Shown here piece by piece: positions 37,824-47,341 of a stretch of 64,000 nt of DNA (the first letter of the stretch is position 1; each line of letters starts with the position of its first letter). This stretch comes from Alphaproteobacteria bacterium. Its GTDB lineage: Bacteria; Pseudomonadota; Alphaproteobacteria; UBA2966. The stretch is from the NCBI GenBank assembly GCA_965242505.1, contig OZ251449.1, positions 2,803,843-2,867,842 of the forward strand, read 5' to 3'. A program made the position numbers and the translations under genes. The notes under the pieces were generated by a model that worked only from the letters and a program-made list of their open reading frames with translations, was not told the origin of the DNA and made no database searches.

Positions 37824-39113
37824 ATGACAAGACTCGTACGAAGCGTTTCCACCTTGGCGGCCGCTGTCGGCGCGGCGGCGACGGCCGGTCCGGCATTCGC
37901 CCAGGACGACGGGCTCAGCTCGGGCGATACGGCCTGGATGCTGACGTCGACGGTCATCGTCCTGATGATGACCATTCCCGGCGTCGCCCTTTTCTACGGC
38001 GGCATGGTGCGCAAGAAGAACGTGCTCGGCACCGTGATGCACAGCTTCGCGGCGGCCTGCCTGATCACGGTGGTGTGGATGATCGCCGGATACAGCCTCG
38101 CGTTCGCGGAGGGCGCCGCCTACGTCGGAGGGCTGGGCAGACTGTTCCTTCACGGCATGGCCGTGGACTCCATGAACGGCTCGATCCCGGAATCGGTCTT
38201 CATGACCTTTCAGATGACCTTCGCGATCATCACGGCGGCATTGATCGCGGGCGCGGTCGCCGAACGGATGAAGTTCTCGGCCCTGCTGTTGTTCCTCGGC
38301 CTGTGGTCGATTCTCGTCTACTCGCCCATCTGCTATTGGGTGTGGGGCGGCGGATTTCTGGGCGACGCGGGCGTCCTGGATTTCGCGGGCGGCACCGTCG
38401 TGCACATCAACTCCGGCGTCGCGGCGTTGGTCGCCGCCATCGTGCTGGGCAAACGGGTGGGCTACGGCCGCGAGAATCTCGCTCCGCACAACGTCGTGCT
38501 GACGGTGGTCGGCGCATCGTTCCTGTGGGTCGGATGGTTCGGATTCAACGGCGGTTCGGCCGTCGCCGCGAACGGCGCGGCCGGCATGGCGATGGCGGTC
38601 ACGCAGATCGCGGCGGCGGCGGCGGCGCTCGCCTGGATGTCCGCCGAATGGTTGACGCGCGGAAAGCCGAGCGTCCTCGGGATCGCGTCCGGCGCCGTCG
38701 CGGGCCTCGTCGCGATCACGCCGGCCTCGGGATTCGTCGGACCCGGCGGCGCCCTCGCGATCGGCCTGGTCGCGGGCGTGGCGTGTTTCTGGGGCGCGAC
38801 GTGGCTGAAACGCAGGATCGGCTACGACGATTCCCTCGACGTCTTCGCCGTTCACGGCCTCGGCGGCATCGTCGGGGCGATCCTGACGGGCGTCTTCGCC
38901 GTCGAGGCGATCGGCGGCGCAGCGGGAGCGCTCGAAGGCAACGTCGCGCAGATCGGCGCGCAGATATATGGAATCGCCGTGACGATCGTCTATTGCGCCG
39001 TGGTCTCCTTGGTCCTGCTCAAGGTCATCGACGCGACGATCGGTCTCCGCGTCAACGAGGAACAGGAACGGGAGGGCCTGGATATCGCCCTCCACGGCGA
39101 AAGCGTCTCGTAA
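37824..39113 (+). CDS. amtB: Ammonium transporter AmtB (429 aa) with signal peptide
   Basis: ..DTAWMLTSTVIVLMMTIPGVALFYGGMVRKKNVL.., ..FAGGTVVHINSGVAALV.., ..FAVHGLGGIVGAILTGVFA.. are Amt/MEP signatures. Confidence 0.95.
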   Translation: MTRLVRSVSTLAAAVGAAATAGPAFAQDDGLSSGDTAWMLTSTVIVLMMTIPGVALFYGGMVRKKNVLGTVMHSFAAACLITVVWMIAGYSLAFAEGAAYVGGLGRLFLHGMAVDSMNGSIPESVFMTFQMTFAIITAALIAGAVAERMKFSALLLFLGLWSILVYSPICYWVWGGGFLGDAGVLDFAGGTVVHINSGVAALVAAIVLGKRVGYGRENLAPHNVVLTVVGASFLWVGWFGFNGGSAVAANGAAGMAMAVTQIAAAAAALAWMSAEWLTRGKPSVLGIASGAVAGLVAITPASGFVGPGGALAIGLVAGVACFWGATWLKRRIGYDDSLDVFAVHGLGGIVGAILTGVFAVEAIGGAAGALEGNVAQIGAQIYGIAVTIVYCAVVSLVLLKVIDATIGLRVNEEQEREGLDIALHGESVS

Positions 39114-39417
39114 GGTCCGGGTTTTTCCGAGCCTTCCCCGCGCCCGGGGCGGCCTCGCGCCGCCTCGGGCGCGTTCTCGTTCGACCGCCCCGGCGGCCGG
39201 GGCCGCGCTCTCCGAATTTCTCCGGGAATGGATCGGCCCGGGCTATTGCGCCTGTAATCTCGTTTCAATATCCTGTAGGTTCAGGAGAATTCGGAACCAG
39301 ACCTTGCGCCCGCGCGCCTCCGATCCGTCATGACGCGCCAACGCGTGCGCCTGTCGGAGACCATGACCGAAACATCCGGGCGCGTCGTCGATGCCCGGTC
39401 GCCGACGTGATTCGACC

Positions 39418-41811
39418 ATGACGCAGACATCCAACGTCCACGGCAAGGCCCCGATCCTGCCTCGGGGGTTGGCCGACGTCGTCTGGCGGCGCGCCGTGGA
39501 GGCCGCCGGCCTGGGCCTGTTGATCGTCGCCGTCGGCTTCGCGTTGTCGTTGCTTTCCTATGCGCCCGAAGACCCGAACTTCAACCACGCGACGGCGAGG
39601 CCCCCCGAGAACCTTCTCGGTCTTCCCGGCGCCCACGTGGCCGACTTCTCGTTGCAGACGCTCGGCGTCATGGGCGGATTGGCGGCGCTCGTCCTCGCCT
39701 GCTGGTCGTGGCGCCTCGTTTCCGATCACCGGGTTCCCCGGTTCTGGTTGCGTCTGACCTTGCTGCCCGTCGTGCTGGTCTTTTCCGCGATCGCGGCCGC
39801 CAACGTCGAGCCGCCCGGCGCCTGGCCGCTCTCGACCGGTCTGGGCGGAGTGATCGGAGAGGAAATCGACAGCCGGATCGCGGAGGCCGGACGCGCGTAT
39901 CTTCCGGCCCTGCCGTCGGGTTTCCATGCGATCGCGTTCGGGCTTCTGGCGCTGTTCTCGCTCGTCTTCGTCATGGGTCTGACCGTCGCCGAGTGGCGCG
40001 CGATGTGGCGTCGGGGGGCGCTCGTCGCGATGGGCGCGCTGCGGGCGGTCGGCGCCCTCGGACGCGCCGGAGAGTGGCTGAGCTTCCGGCGCCGGTCGCG
40101 CGGGGCGCGGAACGACCCGCTCGAACGAAGCGAGCCGGCCTTGGAGCGCGGGGCCGCGGACGCCGCGGACGATACGCGGTCCGGAGACGGCGATCGGGAA
40201 GACGACGACGCCGCAGCGCCGCAGCGCGTGCGCAAGCGGATGGCCAAACCCAGGCAAGGCAAGCGCACCGGCGCCGAACGCCAGCCGACGCTGGATCTGG
40301 TCCCGACGAACGAATATCAGTTGCCCGCCCTGTCGCTGCTGTCCTCGCCGCCGGCGGGCGGGTCTTCCCGCGCCGTGAGTGACGAGGCGCTCGAACAGAA
40401 CGCGCGCCTGCTCGAGTCCGTTCTGGAGGAATTCGGGGTCAAGGGACAGATCAGCGAGGTTCGGCCGGGGCCGGTCGTGACGCTTTACGAGCTCGAGCCG
40501 GCGCCGGGCACGAAGACCTCGCGCGTCATCGGCCTCGCCGACGACATTGCGCGATCCATGAGCGCCGTGTCGGCCCGGATCGCCGTGGTCCAGGGCAAGA
40601 ACGCCATCGGGATCGAGCTCCCGAACAGCGACCGGGAGACCGTTCACCTTCGCGAGCTTCTCTCCTCGGCGGCCTACGAGAGCACGGCGGCGCACCTGAC
40701 CCTCGCCCTGGGAAAGGACATCGCCGGCGCCCCGGTGACCGTCGATCTGGCGCGCATGCCGCACCTGCTGGTCGCCGGCACGACCGGGTCCGGCAAATCG
40801 GTCGGGATCAACTCGATGATCCTGTCGTTGCTGTATCGCCTCCCTCCGGACCGGTGCAAGCTGATCCTGATCGATCCGAAGATGCTCGAGCTCTCCGTTT
40901 ACGACGACATCCCGCATCTGCTGACGCCCGTCGTCACGGAACCCGGAAAGGCCGTCGTCGCCCTGAAGTGGGCCGTGCGCGAGATGGAGAACCGCTACCG
41001 CGCCATGTCCCAGCTCGGGGTCCGGAACATCACGGGATACAACCAGCGCATGACGGAGATCCTCGCCAAGGGCGACGGGCTCAAGCGCACCGTGCAGACC
41101 GGTTTCGACACCGAGAGCGGCGAGCCGGTGTTCGAGGACCAGGAACTCGACCTCCAGCCGTTCCCCTACGTCGTGGTCGTGGTCGACGAGATGGCCGATC
41201 TCATGCTGGTGGCGGGGAAGGAGATCGAAGGAGCGATCCGCCGTCTGGCGCAGATGGCGCGCGCCGCGGGAATCCACCTGATCATGGCCACGCAGCGGCC
41301 ATCGGTGGACGTCATCACCGGAACGATCAAGGCGAACTTCCCCTCGCGGATCAGTTTCCAGGTCACCTCGAAGATCGACAGCCGGACGATTCTCGACGAG
41401 CAGGGCGCCGAGCAACTGCTGGGCGCCGGCGACATGCTCTACCAGGCGAGCGGCGGCCGCGTGCAACGGGTGCACGGACCTTTCGTTTCCGACGGAGAGG
41501 TCGAGAACATCGCCGCGGCGTTGAAAAAACAAGGCAGTCCCGAGTACCTCGACGCCGTGACGGAGGACGTCGAGGCGGGCTTCGAGTCGCAGGAAGGCGA
41601 CGCGAACGGCGACGAGCTCTACGACCAGGCCGTGGCGCTCGTGAAGCGGGAACACCGCGCCTCCACCAGCTTCATCCAGCGCCATTTGCAGATCGGCTAC
41701 AACCGGGCGGCGCGCATCATCGAACAGATGGAGGCGCAAGGCGTCGTGTCGCCGGCGGACCGCGTGGGCAAACGCGAGGTTCTGACGCCCGACGGCGGCG
41801 GCTTCGAATAG
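39418..41811 (+). CDS. ftsK: DNA translocase FtsK (about 797 aa; the alternative upstream start at 39391 gives 806 aa)
   Basis: N-terminal 4-TM domain. ..LLVAGTTGSGKSVGINSMILSLLYRL.. is the Walker A. The C-terminal gamma domain is ..SFIQRHLQIGYNRAARIIEQMEAQGVVSPADRVGKREVL. Confidence 0.9.
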   Translation: MTQTSNVHGKAPILPRGLADVVWRRAVEAAGLGLLIVAVGFALSLLSYAPEDPNFNHATARPPENLLGLPGAHVADFSLQTLGVMGGLAALVLACWSWRLVSDHRVPRFWLRLTLLPVVLVFSAIAAANVEPPGAWPLSTGLGGVIGEEIDSRIAEAGRAYLPALPSGFHAIAFGLLALFSLVFVMGLTVAEWRAMWRRGALVAMGALRAVGALGRAGEWLSFRRRSRGARNDPLERSEPALERGAADAADDTRSGDGDREDDDAAAPQRVRKRMAKPRQGKRTGAERQPTLDLVPTNEYQLPALSLLSSPPAGGSSRAVSDEALEQNARLLESVLEEFGVKGQISEVRPGPVVTLYELEPAPGTKTSRVIGLADDIARSMSAVSARIAVVQGKNAIGIELPNSDRETVHLRELLSSAAYESTAAHLTLALGKDIAGAPVTVDLARMPHLLVAGTTGSGKSVGINSMILSLLYRLPPDRCKLILIDPKMLELSVYDDIPHLLTPVVTEPGKAVVALKWAVREMENRYRAMSQLGVRNITGYNQRMTEILAKGDGLKRTVQTGFDTESGEPVFEDQELDLQPFPYVVVVVDEMADLMLVAGKEIEGAIRRLAQMARAAGIHLIMATQRPSVDVITGTIKANFPSRISFQVTSKIDSRTILDEQGAEQLLGAGDMLYQASGGRVQRVHGPFVSDGEVENIAAALKKQGSPEYLDAVTEDVEAGFESQEGDANGDELYDQAVALVKREHRASTSFIQRHLQIGYNRAARIIEQMEAQGVVSPADRVGKREVLTPDGGGFE

Positions 41812-41855
41812 CCCCGGGTCCCCCGGCGAACCGCCCCTCCGTCGCCCGGAACCCG

Positions 41856-42491
41856 ATGGCCGCAGGACTCCGCTTGCCCCTCGCGGTTGCCGTACTGGCC
41901 GCCGCCGTTTGCGCGCGCGACGCCGGGGCGGCGGAGCTCTCGTCCCAGGACCGGCGGGACATCCGCCGGATCGAGGCGCACCTCAACGACATTCGCACGC
42001 TCTCCGCCGACTTCATCCAGATCGCTCCGGACGGTTCCATCGCCCGCGGGCGCTTCTATCTCAAGCGCCCCGGCCGTCTGCGTTTCGAATACGAGCCGCC
42101 TGCGCCCGTCCTGGTCGTCGCCGACGGAACCTACGTGAACTACTTCGACGCCGAACTGGGCCAACTCAGCCAGATCGGGGTCTATTCCACCCCGCTCGGC
42201 GCGGTCGTCGCCCGGGAAGTCCGGTTGAGCGGCAGGATCGCGGTCACCTCGGTCGAACGCGGGTCCGCAGTCGTCTCGCTGCGGACCATCGACACCGAGG
42301 AACCGGACCGCGGAACGCTGACCCTGATATTCGGCGAACGTCCTCTCGAACTCAGGAAATGGGAGGTGACCGACTCCCAGGGACTGACGACCACGATCGC
42401 CCTCGACGACCTGTTGATCAATCCCGACCTCGATCCGGAACTGTTCGTCTTCCGGCAACCCGGCGTCGAGGACGGCTTGGGCGGCGATTGA
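41856..42491 (+). CDS. lolA: Outer-membrane lipoprotein carrier protein LolA (211 aa)
   Basis: Signal MAAGLRLPLAVAVLAAAVCARDAGA. ..LNDIRTLSADFIQ...GRFYLKRPGRLRFEYEPP.. are LolA family motifs. The ftsK-lolA pairing is conserved. Confidence 0.8.
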   Translation: MAAGLRLPLAVAVLAAAVCARDAGAAELSSQDRRDIRRIEAHLNDIRTLSADFIQIAPDGSIARGRFYLKRPGRLRFEYEPPAPVLVVADGTYVNYFDAELGQLSQIGVYSTPLGAVVAREVRLSGRIAVTSVERGSAVVSLRTIDTEEPDRGTLTLIFGERPLELRKWEVTDSQGLTTTIALDDLLINPDLDPELFVFRQPGVEDGLGGD

Positions 42492-42623
42492 GCGTCGGCC
42501 CGGAGCGCGTCGCCTCGCGATCGAACTGGACGGGAGCGAACGGCGCGTCTAAACAACGTGTCGTCGATCGCCGGCGTCCGGGAGATTCGGGGGCCGGAGA
42601 GGCAAGGCGAGGCATAGCGACGG

Positions 42624-43388
42624 ATGGCGCGAAAGAGCCGGCCCGCGGTCGTGGGCATTCCCGCGAGCGTCAGGCGCGTGAACGGAAACGAGTTTCACGC
42701 GGTCGCGACCCGCTATATCGAGACGGTCGCCCGCACTACGGGGGCGGAACCGGTCCTCGTTCCCGCCATCGGGGACCGTCTCGACTTCACGGATCTGACG
42801 CGGCGGGTCGACGGCCTCCTCTTCACCGGGTGTCCGTCCAACGTCGAGCCCCGTCACTACGACGAACCCGTCAACCTCACTCCCGACAAGCGCGACCCCG
42901 ACCGCGACGCCACGACCCTGCCGTTGATCCGGGCTGCGCTCGCCGACGCGGTCCCCCTGTTCGCCATCTGCCGGGGCTTCCAGGAGTTGAACGTCGCGCT
43001 CGGCGGCAGCCTCCACCAGCTTCTGCACGAGGTTCCCGGGAAATGGGACCACCGGGGCGGCGGCGACAAGCCGCTGGCCGAGCGGTTCGCCCCCCGGCAT
43101 CACGTTTCCCTGACTCCGGGGGGCCGGCTCGCCGACCTCGCGGGGTCGTCGCGGATCGTGGTGAACTCGCTCCACGGTCAAGGCGTCGATCGCCTGGGAT
43201 GCGGTCTGCGCGTCGAGGCCATCGCCGACGACGGCACCGTCGAGGGGTTCCGGGTGGACGGGGCGGAAGCGTTCGCGCTGGGCGTCCAGTGGCATCCGGA
43301 GTGGCGCACGGAAGAAACGCCCCACTACGGTGCCCTGTTCGGCGCCTTCGGCGCCGCCGTCAGGGAACGGGCCCTCGCCCGTCGATGA
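42624..43388 (+). CDS. Class I glutamine amidotransferase-like hydrolase (gamma-glutamyl-GABA hydrolase PuuD / peptidase C26 family), 254 aa
   Basis: ..LLFTGCPSNVEPRHY.., ..LFAICRGFQELNVALGGSL.. has the catalytic Cys in the CRG context, and ..GVQWHPEW.. provides the His. Confidence 0.8.
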   Translation: MARKSRPAVVGIPASVRRVNGNEFHAVATRYIETVARTTGAEPVLVPAIGDRLDFTDLTRRVDGLLFTGCPSNVEPRHYDEPVNLTPDKRDPDRDATTLPLIRAALADAVPLFAICRGFQELNVALGGSLHQLLHEVPGKWDHRGGGDKPLAERFAPRHHVSLTPGGRLADLAGSSRIVVNSLHGQGVDRLGCGLRVEAIADDGTVEGFRVDGAEAFALGVQWHPEWRTEETPHYGALFGAFGAAVRERALARR

Positions 43389-43984
43389 GCGCCGCCGTCA
43401 GGGACCTTGGCGACCTCGGGTCTTCGCACCCCGACGACTTTCCCACGCTTCGGGCGGTGGCGCGGTTCGCGCGAGCGGCGCCGCACGTGTCCTGGTTCCT
43501 GCGCCTCGGCGAGCCGTTGACGGAAGAGGTCCGCCGGACCGGCGATTCCTACGTCCACGCCCTGGGATTTCCCAGTTGCGCGGTCGCCGCCATCGGCGAC
43601 TGGGAAGAGGCCGCGGCCGCGGCCGAGGATTCCGGCTTCGACGAGCCCTCGTGGGACGCCGAGGAGCAGCTCACCGCGGGGCTCATGGACGAAGCCCTCG
43701 CCGTCGTCGAGCGGGAGGAGCTGGCGGCCGCGCTGGCGCACGTCTCGGCGGCCGCGGGCGTCGCCGCGAAGCTGGCGATAGAGGAGGCGGCCGCGCGCGC
43801 CGGGCATTCCGACCCCGCGCTTCTCGACGCGGCTGCGGGCGCCGCGACGAAAGCCTGTTATCAGGCGGCCCTGCTGCTGGCCGGCGGCGGAGACGAGGAT
43901 CACGCCGTGGCTTTCAAGTACCGGCTGTTCGAGAGCGGCCGCTGGCCCCTCGGCGTCATCGGCGGCACCTTCAACATATTCTGA
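43385..43984 (+). CDS. Hypothetical protein (199 aa), translationally coupled (ATGA) to the upstream GATase gene
   Basis: MSAAVRDLGDLGSSHPDDFPTLRAVARFARAAPHVSWFLRLGEPL.. No motif recognised. Codon usage is consistent with its neighbours. Confidence 0.5.
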   Translation: MSAAVRDLGDLGSSHPDDFPTLRAVARFARAAPHVSWFLRLGEPLTEEVRRTGDSYVHALGFPSCAVAAIGDWEEAAAAAEDSGFDEPSWDAEEQLTAGLMDEALAVVEREELAAALAHVSAAAGVAAKLAIEEAAARAGHSDPALLDAAAGAATKACYQAALLLAGGGDEDHAVAFKYRLFESGRWPLGVIGGTFNIF

Positions 43985-44031
43985 TTCCGGGCCGCCCTCT
44001 CCGGGCGCTTGGTGGAGAGAGGCCCAGGGGC

Positions 44032-44478
44032 TCAGGAACCGAGCGTCCGGGTCAACTGGCCGGTCGTCCTCTCGAGGCGGGTCGCGAGCTCGCGCATGAT
44101 TTCGACCGCCATCCGCGGGAATTCCTCCACCATGCGGAAGAACAGTTCCTTGGAAATCTTCAGGACCTCGACGTCCCGGTCCGCGACCACCGTGGCCGTC
44201 CGCGGGACGTCGCAGAGAATGGCGATCTCGCCCACGATGTCGTTCTCCCGCGCCTCGGCGACCCTCGCGTCGCCGTTGGGCGTCGAGACCATGATCCCGA
44301 CGGAACCCTCGATGATGATGTAGGCGGAATCGCCCACGTCGCCCTGGCGGCAAAGCTCGGCGCCCTTCCTGAAGGTCAGGCGTTCGCTCGCGAAAGCCAG
44401 GAGCTTGAGCTTCGACGGCTCGATGTTCGAGAACAGCGGAATCCGCCGCAGAAGATCGACCTCCTCGTTCAGGCTCAT
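44032..44478 (-). CDS. Stand-alone cyclic-nucleotide-binding domain protein (148 aa)
   Basis: ..IPLFSNIEPSKLKLLAFASERLTFRKGAELCRQGDVGDSAYIIIEGSVGI.. is the cNMP-binding beta-roll with the GE..FGEIAIL-type phosphate-binding cassette (..VGEIAILCDVPRTATVVA..). It is 17 bp downstream of, and co-oriented with, the ABC gene. Confidence 0.75.
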   Translation of the reverse strand: MSLNEEVDLLRRIPLFSNIEPSKLKLLAFASERLTFRKGAELCRQGDVGDSAYIIIEGSVGIMVSTPNGDARVAEARENDIVGEIAILCDVPRTATVVADRDVEVLKISKELFFRMVEEFPRMAVEIMRELATRLERTTGQLTRTLGS

Positions 44479-44495
44479 CGTTTCCGTCCCGTCGG

Positions 44496-47153
44496 CTATC
44501 GAGCGCTGTCGAGCAGCCGCCTGAAATGCGACCCGTCCCGGTCGAGCTCCTCGAACGCGCCCTCCTCCACGATCCTTCCCGACCGCATCACGAGCACGCG
44601 ATCGAACCCCTTCGCCAGATCCGCCTTGTGCAGCGCCCAGATCAACCCGCGACCGGCGAACTCTTCAAGCAGGTTGCCCATTATCAGCCCCTGACTCGCG
44701 GTGTCCAGCGCGGCCGTCGCCTCCGCGAGGAACAGTATGTCGGGCCGCTTCAGAACGCTGCGCGCGATCGCGAGTTTCTGCCGCTGTCCCGATGACAGCC
44801 GCGAACCGGATACGCCGACGTCATACCCCAATCCGACCTCGACGATCGTGTTCCTGAGGCCGAGTTCCGAGATGACCTCCGTGATCAGCGCGCCGACGCG
44901 GTCCGCGGCCTCGGGCCGTCCGTAGGCGATCTTCCCGAAAAGGATGTTGTCCTGAATGCTCGCCGTGCTCGCGTAGGCGTCGGGGTCCAGGAATTCGACG
45001 GAGGTTCCGATTTCCTCGGGAAGGTTCCTGGCGAACGCCTCGCGGGCGTCCAGCAGCCTGGCCTGAACGTCGTCGTCGATCATGCCCAGGCGGTGCCGCG
45101 CGGGAACGAGCTTGAACGGCAGCGACATGATCGGGGCGCGCTCCTCGACCGACAGGTCCTCCAGCCTCTCTCGGTCGACTCGCGTGAGCCACTGCTGGAG
45201 CTCGCCCAGCTCCTCCGCCGATACGAAGCTGTACCGCTGGAACAGTTCGTGGTCGGGTGGCACGTCGGCGAAAATTTCGACCATGGTGGCGGCCGTGTCG
45301 TACCCGATCCGCAGGATGGCCTCCGTCAGGCCGACCCTTTTCAGAATTTCCAGGACGTACGGATCCTCGCCGAGCCGGTTCATGTCGAAGGCGTCTCCGA
45401 CGACGTTGCCGAACAGAAGGTTCTCCCCGACGGTCGCGTTGGCGTTGTAGGCGGACCGGTCGAACGCTTCGACCAGGTCCGCCATGCCCTCCTCGTCGAC
45501 CAGGCGTTCACGGAATGCCGCGCGGGCGCGAAGAATCGCGTCCGCCGTGTCGCCGTGCGTCTCGGGATCGATGGTTCCCCGGAGTCCCAGCCGGTACACC
45601 TCGTCGTCCAGACCCACCATTTCGAGGACGCGAAGCCCCTGCGCCCGGAGGGCTTCGGGCGTGTCGGCGCCGGCGGACTCCATGTCCATCCAGTCCGCCT
45701 TGACGTCGAGGGTCGTGTTGCCGGCGGCCCGCGCCTCGTTCTCGTGCCAGCGGCGTTGGCGCATGGCGTCGTCGTCGTACTCGAACTCGCGCACGGGACG
45801 GTGCTTCAGGCCGTAGAACAGGTTGGAGCCCAGAGAACCGGCGAAGACGTACCCCTGCTGGCCTACGTAGGCGAGCCGACGCCCCGTGATCGCCTCCGGC
45901 AGACCCGCGAGCTCCAGTCCGCCGATCGAGACGCCTCCTCGCGTCGGATACAGGAGCCGGCTCAGCAGCTGCGCCAGATCGGTCGCGCCGCTTCCGGACT
46001 CGCCGACGACGGCGACTCGCGACGGCATCGACAGCCTCAGCGAAACACGGTCGACGACGTTCTCCCCGACTTCGTCGGTCAGCGTCAGGTTGGCGGTCGC
46101 CAGGTCGCCGGTCAGCGGATCGATGGACTCCGGTTCCTCCGTCTGCACGCTCTCGTCCGGCATCCCGACCGGGTCGAACTGACTGACGACCTGTTCGTAC
46201 TTGATCTTCGCGTCCTCCCGCCTCTGGTAGAACGCGAGGAGTTCCTTCCAGGGCGCCCCCAGGTCCTTGTGCGCCGCGATCGCGGCGACCAGCGTCCCCA
46301 TTTCCAGAGATCCGACGATGACGAGGTAACCGCCCAACGAATAGAAGAAGAACGGTCCGAGCTGCTGGATGAAGTTGTTGATGAACTTGATGACGAACTT
46401 CTGGCGGTAGATGCGATACCGCACATGGAAGATTCGTCCCAGCCGATCGGAGAAATCGGCCAGCGCGAACCGCGACGTGTCGTGGATGTGGACCTCGGGA
46501 GCTCCCTGGACCGTCTCGCCGATACGGTCCGACAGGCGGCGCACCAGACGCACCCTTTCCTTGCCCAAGGCGTTCACGCGCTTTTGCATGCGCGGGATCA
46601 GGTACAGCTGGATGGGGTAGAGCGCGACGGCCGCCGCCGCCATGATCCAGTTCTGGTAGAACAGGAACGCCAGGATGACGATGAGCGTGCCTCCCTGGAA
46701 CACCGGCAGCGCGAAGGCCTCGCCGATGAATCCGCCCAGAGGCTCCACCTCCGAGGTGATCATCGGAATGATCTCGCCCTGGGACACGTTCCTGAAGGTC
46801 GGCTGCGGGAAGCGGAGCACCCGGCCGAACAGTTGATACCGCAGCCGACGCAGCATCCGCTCGCCGGTCAGGCCCTGGTAGACGTTGATGTAGTATTTGA
46901 ATGCCTGGTTTATCAGGACGAGGATCAGAAAGACCGCGCACAGGAGGAACAGGTAGCCGGTCCGGTCGAACTCGACCCCCAGAAGGCCGACGGGGAAGTC
47001 TTCCGGGTTCCCCTGGATCGCGCCGTTTATGATGCGCTTCGGCAGCTCGTAGAAGGCGTACAGGAAGGGGAACGACAGGGCGGCGAGGGCGGTGAGCCAG
47101 ACCTGTTGCCGCAGACTGTGGCGAATCAGGTATCTGTAGACGGTTTTTTCCAT
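44496..47153 (-). CDS. ABC-type protein with N-terminal 6-TM permease domain and a long, non-canonical nucleotide-binding domain (885 aa)
   Basis: TMD about residues 1-330. The Walker A-like VAVVGESGSGATDL lacks the invariant Lys (GSGAT rather than GKS/T). The signature LSSGQRQKLAIARSV is present. The Walker B-like ILFLAEATAALD has Asp replaced by Ala. About 400 aa are inserted between Walker A and the signature motif. The start was taken at MEKTVYRYLIRH; the first 40 aa of the track ORF are Arg-rich. Confidence 0.75.
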   Translation of the reverse strand: MEKTVYRYLIRHSLRQQVWLTALAALSFPFLYAFYELPKRIINGAIQGNPEDFPVGLLGVEFDRTGYLFLLCAVFLILVLINQAFKYYINVYQGLTGERMLRRLRYQLFGRVLRFPQPTFRNVSQGEIIPMITSEVEPLGGFIGEAFALPVFQGGTLIVILAFLFYQNWIMAAAAVALYPIQLYLIPRMQKRVNALGKERVRLVRRLSDRIGETVQGAPEVHIHDTSRFALADFSDRLGRIFHVRYRIYRQKFVIKFINNFIQQLGPFFFYSLGGYLVIVGSLEMGTLVAAIAAHKDLGAPWKELLAFYQRREDAKIKYEQVVSQFDPVGMPDESVQTEEPESIDPLTGDLATANLTLTDEVGENVVDRVSLRLSMPSRVAVVGESGSGATDLAQLLSRLLYPTRGGVSIGGLELAGLPEAITGRRLAYVGQQGYVFAGSLGSNLFYGLKHRPVREFEYDDDAMRQRRWHENEARAAGNTTLDVKADWMDMESAGADTPEALRAQGLRVLEMVGLDDEVYRLGLRGTIDPETHGDTADAILRARAAFRERLVDEEGMADLVEAFDRSAYNANATVGENLLFGNVVGDAFDMNRLGEDPYVLEILKRVGLTEAILRIGYDTAATMVEIFADVPPDHELFQRYSFVSAEELGELQQWLTRVDRERLEDLSVEERAPIMSLPFKLVPARHRLGMIDDDVQARLLDAREAFARNLPEEIGTSVEFLDPDAYASTASIQDNILFGKIAYGRPEAADRVGALITEVISELGLRNTIVEVGLGYDVGVSGSRLSSGQRQKLAIARSVLKRPDILFLAEATAALDTASQGLIMGNLLEEFAGRGLIWALHKADLAKGFDRVLVMRSGRIVEEGAFEELDRDGSHFRRLLDSAR

Positions 47154-47341
47154 GTGACCCGCACGTCGCCGGATAGCGAACCGGAGGACGATCCCGGACG
47201 CCGGAATCGCCGGCCCGGGAGTTTTCGGCGCTCCCCGCCTTCGACCGTGCCGGAAAACGCGGGGCCAAGGCAACCCGGAAAGTTGGCGCGCGGCGCAATC
47301 CGCGCTTTCTCGCCGGCGATCCGTATGCGAGAGTCGCCGCC

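Noticed and set aside
39113-39240. Possible intrinsic terminator after amtB (GC-rich dyads ccccgcgcccgggg / gccccggcggccggggc)
   Set aside because: The stems are imperfect and no U-tract follows; not confident enough to annotate.
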